Positions 58,006-64,000 of a DNA stretch of 64,000 bases are shown here, piece after piece (the first letter of the stretch is position 1; each line of letters starts with the position of its first letter). A program made the translations under genes and the position numbers. The notes beneath the pieces are model-generated. The model had not been told where the DNA came from. It saw only the letters and a program-made list of their open reading frames with translations, and made no database searches. Source of the DNA: Nitrosopumilus sp. (GTDB taxonomy: Archaea; Thermoproteota; Nitrososphaeria; Nitrososphaerales; Nitrosopumilaceae); the NCBI GenBank assembly GCA_965207075.1, contig CBDBLO010000002.1, forward strand, positions 896,001 through 960,000. Reading direction: 5' to 3'.

Positions 58006-58575
58006 CTAGGACCCCGGTTGCTGCTGTTGCTGTTGCTGCTTTTGCTGCATCCCATACCTGAACAGCCCCCCCGCGTCTATTATCTTGCCTATGATCTCTG
58101 AGAACGGCTTGATCTCGTACGTCTTGCCCGTGGTCTCGTTGCGCAGCTGGCCCGCCTTGACGTCTATGGTTACGACGTCCCCCTCGCTTGTGCCCTCGTA
58201 TGCGTCCTCCCCTATCTCTATGGGCAGCAGGAACGCGCCATCCACCGCGTTCCTGTAGAATATCCTTGCAAACGAGAGGGCCGCCACCGCCTTGATTCCG
58301 GAGTGCGCCAGAGCTATCGGGGCGTGCTCCCTTGAGGAGCCGCAGCCAAAGTTGCGGCCCGCCACGATAAAGCTGGCGTTCTTGGCCTTTGAGTGAAAGT
58401 CCCCGTCAAGCCCCTCCATCGCGTGCGTTGCAAGCTCCGCATAGTCGTGTATCTTCAGATACTGCCCCGGTATGATGACGTCGGTGTCTATGTTGTCCCT
58501 TGCATATTTTATCACGCCGCCCGTAACTGCACCGTTGCCGCCCATGTTCTTGATCCTCCTCTTCCCCCTTCCCAT
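58006..58575 (-). CDS. Archaeal-type isopropylmalate/homoaconitase small subunit (LeuD/HacB-like)
   Basis: [41 protein letters not shown] overlaps the stop of the large subunit (TAATG); poly-Q tail. Confidence 0.9.
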   Translation of the reverse strand: MGRGKRRIKNMGGNGAVTGGVIKYARDNIDTDVIIPGQYLKIHDYAELATHAMEGLDGDFHSKAKNASFIVAGRNFGCGSSREHAPIALAHSGIKAVAALSFARIFYRNAVDGAFLLPIEIGEDAYEGTSEGDVVTIDVKAGQLRNETTGKTYEIKPFSEIIGKIIDAGGLFRYGMQQKQQQQQQQPGS

Positions 58576-59897
58576 TACGCCGCGTGCGCGATCTCCCTCG
58601 GGTCGGTAATCCTGCCCGTAACCGCGGATGCCGCGGCCACCATCGGGGACGCCAGGTACGTCCTGGACTCGACATGCCCCATTCTGCCGGGAAAGTTCCT
58701 GTTCGTGGTACTGATGCATACCTCGTCCTTGCCCAGTACGCCCATGTGCGCGCCGCAGCAGGCGCCGCACGTGGGCGGCCCTACCGTGGCCCCCGCGTCC
58801 AGGAATATCTTGAGGAGCCCCGACTCCATGGCGCGCCTGTATATCGATATGGCGGCCGGAAGGACCTCTGTCCTGATCCTGACTCTTCTGCCCTTTAGTA
58901 CCCGCGCCGCGGCCTCCAGGTCCTCGTATTTTGCGCCCGTGCACGAGCCGATGTACGACTTGTCAAGCTCCACCGACGGGGACTCGCTGACGGGCCTGGT
59001 GTTCTCCGGCGAGAACGGCTCGGCCACCACGGGCTCCAGCTCCGAGGCCTCGTACTCGTATACCTCGGCATAGTCCGAGTCGGCTCCGTCCGGCTCCGAG
59101 TAGTCTGCGCCGCCGCGGCCCAGGCTCACCTTTGCCGCCTCCCTTCCAGCTCCGCTCATCCTCTCCTCCAGGTATGCGGCGGTCTTCTGGTCAGGGCGCA
59201 CTATGCCGTTCTTGGCGCCCGCCTCCGTCGTCATGTTGCACAGGGTCAGCCGGCCCTCGACGGACATCCCCTCTATGCCCGTCCCCCCGAACTGCATGGT
59301 CCTGTAGGCCCCGCCGTCGGTCCCGATGTCGCCTATTATCCTCAGTATGAGGTCCTTTGCCATCACGTGGCTTGGCAGCCTTCCGTTGAGCCTAAAGTAC
59401 ATCGTCTCGGGGACCTTGAACCATATCTGGCCGTTGAGCAGCACGTACGCCATGTCGGTGTGCCCCAGCCCGCATGCAAAGGCCCCGAGCGCCCCGGTGG
59501 TGTTGGTGTGGGAGTCGCCCCCGACGTAGACGTCCCCCGGCATCACCATGGCCTCCTCGTGGGATATGGTGTGGCATATGCCGTACTGGCCCATCCCGTA
59601 CCTAAAGTGGTTCTTGATTCCGTACCTGCTGGTGAACTCGGAGAGCCTTGCAATGTTCTCTGCTGATATCTTTTCTGCCGACGGCACAAAGTGATCCTCG
59701 GCCACCCACACGCGGTCCGGATCCCACAGCTTGTCCGTGGGGATTCCCTGCCCCGCAATCCTCTCAAAGACCTTGATCACCCCGGGCCCCGACACGTCGT
59801 GCAGCATGGCCCTGTCCACCTTTGCAAACACCACGTCGTCCGGCGACACGCTGCTTTTGCCGGACGCCCGCGCAAGTATCCTCTCGACCAGGTTCAT
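58575..59897 (-). CDS. Archaeal-type isopropylmalate/homoaconitase large subunit (LeuC/HacA-like)
   Basis: GICH, GGDSHTNTTGA, GSCTGA, PTCGACCG, NRNFPGRMG. Confidence 0.92.
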   Translation of the reverse strand: MNLVERILARASGKSSVSPDDVVFAKVDRAMLHDVSGPGVIKVFERIAGQGIPTDKLWDPDRVWVAEDHFVPSAEKISAENIARLSEFTSRYGIKNHFRYGMGQYGICHTISHEEAMVMPGDVYVGGDSHTNTTGALGAFACGLGHTDMAYVLLNGQIWFKVPETMYFRLNGRLPSHVMAKDLILRIIGDIGTDGGAYRTMQFGGTGIEGMSVEGRLTLCNMTTEAGAKNGIVRPDQKTAAYLEERMSGAGREAAKVSLGRGGADYSEPDGADSDYAEVYEYEASELEPVVAEPFSPENTRPVSESPSVELDKSYIGSCTGAKYEDLEAAARVLKGRRVRIRTEVLPAAISIYRRAMESGLLKIFLDAGATVGPPTCGACCGAHMGVLGKDEVCISTTNRNFPGRMGHVESRTYLASPMVAAASAVTGRITDPREIAHAA

Positions 59898-60031
59898 TAC
59901 AATCCGCCGGATGTTGGTGCGGGTTAAAAGTTTTGTACATGCGCAGGCACCGGGTTTTGTGCCCGAACTGGCCCCGGTGCGCGCGCCGCTAGGCGCCCTG
60001 CCGTGGCAGGGCCTTCGACTGACGCCGGCGC

Positions 60032-60955
60032 TTGGTCGAAGCCCCCGCCAAGAATAAAAGAGAGCCGCGGCATGCGCCGTTCGTGCCGCTGACAGTGCTG
60101 CCGCTTGAGTCGAGGCACATGAGCGGCAGGTTTGACATGTTTGCAGAGCTTGCCCGCTCGCTTGGACGCCGCGGCATGCGTCTTGCACGGGGGGACATAC
60201 TTGTAGTATCCACAAAGTACGCCTCGTATGCGGAGGGGCGAATCATAGACGTGCGGGGCGTGCGAGCCTCCGCGCAGGCGCGGCGCCTCTCTGGGCGCTA
60301 CGGTTTGAGCCGTGAGATGGCCGAGCTTGTACTCCGGGAGTCGGATCGCATACTCGGGGGAGTGGCAGGTTTTGTAATGGCGGCATCCGCCCCGTTCCGT
60401 CCGCCCCCCGCCGAGCCGCCCCCCGCCGGCCACGGCGCCCGCCGCACGGCGAACCGGGCTGCCGGCGCCCCTCCTCCCCGGCACGGCCTGCTACTTGCGC
60501 CCAATGCCGGGATAGACCTCTCAAACGCAAGGAGGGGCAGGGCCGTACTGTATCCTGACTCTCCCTACGATACTGCCGAGCTGCTCCGGCGCAAGATCCT
60601 GCTTGAGATGGGCGTTGCCGTGGGGGTGATACTGGTCGACAGCCGGCTGATGCCTGCAAGGGTCGGGACGTCCGGGGTGGCCGTGGCCCATGCGGGCATA
60701 GAGCCGGTCCGGGACGCCAGATCCAGGCCCGATCTTGAGGGCAACCCGCTCAAGGTGACGTTCCAGGCCGCATCGGACTCTATGGCCACCGTTGCAAACC
60801 ACGCAATGGGAGAGGGTGCCGAGTCCGTCCCGTTTGTAATAATACGCGACTCGGGCATCCCGCTGACAGGCAGGCGCCCCGGCCCGTCTGAGACTGCCGT
60901 GCCTGCGGGGCAGTGCGTCTATGTTCGCGGACTGTCGTCCCCTGCGGCGGTGTGA
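60032..60955 (+). CDS. cofE: Coenzyme F420-0:L-glutamate ligase
   Basis: GDILVVSTK..SYAEGR, PNAGIDLSN, ILVDS..PARVG..GVAV, PDLEGNPLKVT, MGEGAESVP. Start uncertain. Confidence 0.88.
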   Translation: MVEAPAKNKREPRHAPFVPLTVLPLESRHMSGRFDMFAELARSLGRRGMRLARGDILVVSTKYASYAEGRIIDVRGVRASAQARRLSGRYGLSREMAELVLRESDRILGGVAGFVMAASAPFRPPPAEPPPAGHGARRTANRAAGAPPPRHGLLLAPNAGIDLSNARRGRAVLYPDSPYDTAELLRRKILLEMGVAVGVILVDSRLMPARVGTSGVAVAHAGIEPVRDARSRPDLEGNPLKVTFQAASDSMATVANHAMGEGAESVPFVIIRDSGIPLTGRRPGPSETAVPAGQCVYVRGLSSPAAV

Positions 60956-61138
60956 GCGGCGCCGCCGCCGCTGCTGCTGCTGCCGGCACGAGAGCCAAGT
61001 GCACGCGCGCTCCCTTTCCCGAAGCGGAATGTGGAAGCAACGTCGCGGTACGTGGGGGAGCTGCGGTTGGCAGCTCCAGTCAAGTTGCCCGTTCCTGATT
61101 AGAAATCCACTTATACAGACGCAAATCTACCCGCAATC

Positions 61139-61468
61139 ATGAAAAAGGAGTTTGTGGTTCAGAGCATCGACGCCTCCCACGACGGCTCCCCTTACGTCGT
61201 GGTATCGCTTGCGTCGGCCAAGGATCTCAAGGGCGGCATGGAGAGCAACCCCCCGTCCCCCTATGACAGTCCAAAGGTGATGGGGTTTACAAACATCAAC
61301 GACATGATGAAGGATCTCAACAAGATGTTCTCCGGCATGGCGAATCCGGCGATGGCCGGAAACCTCACGCAGATCAAGCTCGACATGCACGAGTACAAGG
61401 ACATGGGGCTGTCAGTCGGCGACAAGGTCTCTCTTGAGCTGACAAAGGACGAGCCACTCGGAGTCTAG
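61139..61468 (+). CDS. Small hypothetical protein (possible arcadin-1-like beta fold)
   Basis: TTATA ~25 nt upstream; C-terminal IKLDMHEYKDMGLSVGDKVSLEL. Confidence 0.7.
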   Translation: MKKEFVVQSIDASHDGSPYVVVSLASAKDLKGGMESNPPSPYDSPKVMGFTNINDMMKDLNKMFSGMANPAMAGNLTQIKLDMHEYKDMGLSVGDKVSLELTKDEPLGV

Positions 61469-61530
61469 CTGCCCTCGCGCGCCCGTCTTGAAAGCCTCGC
61501 GCGACAGGCAATAGCGCGGCGTTTACGTGG

Positions 61531-62088
61531 TCAGACTATGGTTGTAATGTACTTCCACCCGTATATGGCGCCTATGGTGCCTATCACAAACAGCATCGGC
61601 TTCCATGCAAACACCGGGAGGCTCGGCGTGGCAAGCCTGATCTTGTAGTTGTCGGCTATCTCCTGTATGGTCTTCCGTATGCGCCCGTGCCATATGTCGT
61701 ACTCTACCTGGTACCTCCTGAGAATGTCGGCCACCTCGTACACGACTGGCGTCCTCTGGGAGAACAGGTGCTGCAGGTAGTCCCGCGACACCTCCACCTC
61801 TGCATGTATGCCGATCAGCCCCCTCTTGAGGTCGACCATCCTTACGTGTATCTCCCACGGCTTTTTGAGCTTGAGGTTAAAGCCGTGCCCTATCTGGCCC
61901 GGCTGCTTGTGCTCGAATTTTACCTTTGTAAACCCCTCTTGGGCGAATATCCTTGCAAGTTCGTTGAAGCTTTTTCTGACCACGATGTGCAACTGCTCGA
62001 CCCCGTCCTGCGAGTCGACGCCTATCCTCCCGTGCTTTGGCCCGTCCACGAACGAGACGGTCTTGGGATACTTGGTCCGATACTCCAT
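61531..62088 (-). CDS. Hypothetical protein with C-terminal TM anchor
   Basis: 185-aa ORF, host-like codon usage, TTTAAATA ~22 nt upstream, hydrophobic C-terminus. Confidence 0.8.
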   Translation of the reverse strand: MEYRTKYPKTVSFVDGPKHGRIGVDSQDGVEQLHIVVRKSFNELARIFAQEGFTKVKFEHKQPGQIGHGFNLKLKKPWEIHVRMVDLKRGLIGIHAEVEVSRDYLQHLFSQRTPVVYEVADILRRYQVEYDIWHGRIRKTIQEIADNYKIRLATPSLPVFAWKPMLFVIGTIGAIYGWKYITTIV

Positions 62089-62412
62089 GATGCGCAGTCA
62101 CCACCCCTCTATTTAAAGCAGGAAAAGGGACATCTGGGTGAGGCTCGGCTCTGCGGCGGCGGCAGCAGCAGCGGCAGGCAGACAGGAACCCGCACATACG
62201 CCGTCAAGATCCGCCTAGGCGGGCACGATCTCGGATTATGACTCGCAAGGCTGGCGGCGCCACGCCTCTGGTCGGGGATTGGACATCGGCACCGCCACCA
62301 CTCCCGCCGTACCGAGACTTTTCGTTGCATGCCGGTGGCGGGATCTGCGCGTCCTGTCCCGCGGTGTGGCAGAAGGCGGATCTTTGGACGCCGCGCGAAA
62401 CGCCTCGCCGTA

Positions 62413-64000
62413 TTAGCGGCATATGTTTGACTGGTACAGCAGCCGCAGCAGGTCCTCAGAACCGTCGTAGTATGCATAGTCCACAAACGAGCCATCCCTG
62501 TAGACGACGGCCGTGTACTGCCTCGCGTCCAAGTCGCCGGCCGGGTCAAGCGCCAGCGGGAACCCTACTGCCGGGTTCCGTACGGAGAGCGCCGCGTCCG
62601 GGATGGCCTGGACCAGCCCCGTCGCGCCCGTCGAGCTGCCGACCGCCTCCACGGCGTTGGCCAGCGTGAATGTGGCGTCGTACGCGTAAAGGGAGTATAC
62701 GTTGGCGCCCGGCACCTTGTCGTATATGGAGCGGCTGACGTCGTTGGGTACGTACGCCGGGTTCAGCGACAGGAACCGCACGCGCTCCTCCCAGTCCACC
62801 CGTCCCGGATCCGTCCCTATTACGGATCTTGAATACCCGTACCACTTGCTGTCCTGCAGCGACGGGTTGACACTCGCGTGCTCCAGCAGTACCGATATCT
62901 CTTCGAATCCGAACAGCAGTATGGCAGTCTTTGCCCCGTCGACGGCCGCCACCGTCGAGCCCACCATGTCCGATACGGCCTCGAGGTCTTCTGTGGAGGC
63001 CCCTGCCGGGTCGTACTGGAATCTCGCGATCATGTCGATGCCGGGGTTTCGCGCCAACTGCTCCTCCACCGCGTCACTAAGCGCGCGCCCCCACGCGTCC
63101 TCGCGGTGGACCACCACGACGCTCTCTACGCCGTCATGCTCCAGCAACTTCACGTACGCGGGCGCGGTGTGGGTATCGGGCGCGCGTATGCGGAACACGT
63201 TGTCGCCCTCCACGGAGAGTATGGGGGACGACGACGCGTAGCTTATCACGACCGTGTCGTCCAGGCCCTCAAACGAGTCCATGACTGCCGAAAGGCTGGC
63301 GCTCGAGGCGGGACCCAGCACCGCCCGTATGCCGTCGTCGTAGAGCTCCTTGATGTTGTCTAGCGTCCTTGACGGTATGGTCCCGTCGTCAAGCTTGGTG
63401 AGGTGCAGCTGCCAGTCCGCTCCGTTCGCGCGCAGCTGCGAGTTGTAGTCGGCAACTGCCAGGCAGATGGACTTGCTTGCGGGATATCCAAGAACCGTCA
63501 GGGATCCGGTCTCGGTGACGAGCGCCCCTATGCGCCGCGGTTCGTACGCGGGGTTCGGCACCACAGAGTCCGACGCCGAGTCGTATCTGGCCGTCGGGAC
63601 GAACCTGCCGCTTGCATCGTTGATCTCGTACACCAGGTAGTCGCTAGCTGCCAGGTCCCCGTTCTCGTTGAATGCGGTGCTCAAGCCTATGGCCGACTCG
63701 GACGCGTCCAGCTCCCTCGAGGCCTCTGTCATGCCGTTCCTGACGGCGGCCGCGTCGTAGTCCGGCCCTCCGGCCGCGTCGATTGCGGCTCCCACTATGG
63801 ACACGGCGTCGTACGCATGGTAGGCCAGCATGCTGGCCACGGACACGCGGGCGCCCAGCCCCGCGTCGATGCATACGTTGACGTGGCTCTCGTTCGCGGC
63901 AAGCTCGACGGCCTTGTAGCCCACCGTCTTCATGAACTCGACTGCCACCGGGTCCGTCTCCAGCTCGGCCATCGAGTGGTCTGGCCCGTACCACATGGTG
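62413..64000 (-). CDS. Multi-domain LivK/ANF-type (branched-chain amino acid) solute-binding protein, N-terminus outside window
   Basis: IGALV..TGSL..LG, VLGPASSASL, ISYASSSPILS..DNVFRI, DAWGRAL, YAYDA. The end of a preceding homologous domain (HAYDAV...FNENGDL) is also present. Confidence 0.88.
   Translation of the reverse strand, partial: TMWYGPDHSMAELETDPVAVEFMKTVGYKAVELAANESHVNVCIDAGLGARVSVASMLAYHAYDAVSIVGAAIDAAGGPDYDAAAVRNGMTEASRELDASESAIGLSTAFNENGDLAASDYLVYEINDASGRFVPTARYDSASDSVVPNPAYEPRRIGALVTETGSLTVLGYPASKSICLAVADYNSQLRANGADWQLHLTKLDDGTIPSRTLDNIKELYDDGIRAVLGPASSASLSAVMDSFEGLDDTVVISYASSSPILSVEGDNVFRIRAPDTHTAPAYVKLLEHDGVESVVVVHREDAWGRALSDAVEEQLARNPGIDMIARFQYDPAGASTEDLEAVSDMVGSTVAAVDGAKTAILLFGFEEISVLLEHASVNPSLQDSKWYGYSRSVIGTDPGRVDWEERVRFLSLNPAYVPNDVSRSIYDKVPGANVYSLYAYDATFTLANAVEAVGSSTGATGLVQAIPDAALSVRNPAVGFPLALDPAGDLDARQYTAVVYRDGSFVDYAYYDGSEDLLRLLYQSNICR

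Overview
GC-rich chromosomal window from an ammonia-oxidising archaeon (Nitrososphaerota/Thaumarchaeota, Nitrosopumilaceae-like). The fused rpoA'A'' gene, the PEFG-CTERM and CFI-box-CTERM proteins and an S-layer-type protein support this assignment. High GC, expanded spacers and multi-domain binding proteins suggest a Cenarchaeum-like host-associated lineage, but that is inference. Core genes: rpoH-rpoB-rpoA-Lsm, the exosome superoperon (SBDS-rrp4-rrp41-rrp42-rpl37ae-pcc1-pfdB), rpoD-rpl18e-rpl13-rps9, two LeuCD-type isomerase pairs, cofE, NAD kinase, NOB1, XPF, rhodanese, GT2/GT4 glycosyltransferases and tRNA-Gly(GCC). Most notable: (1) a nickel-pincer cofactor locus (larB, larC, larE, iscS) around mdh, next to a GDGT-ring-synthase-like radical SAM gene, with no larA in the window; (2) a complete IS5/IS903-like element with 14-bp TIRs and a 9-bp target duplication; (3) surface proteins that share one Ig-like module but carry three different C-terminal anchors; (4) a ~1 kb non-coding, GATC-dense, hairpin-rich spacer inside the PEFG-CTERM array; (5) an orphan ParB with a ribbon-helix-helix-like tail; (6) pervasive low-complexity insertions in housekeeping proteins. 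No CRISPR array or rRNA was seen. All product calls come from motif recognition and recall, not database searches.
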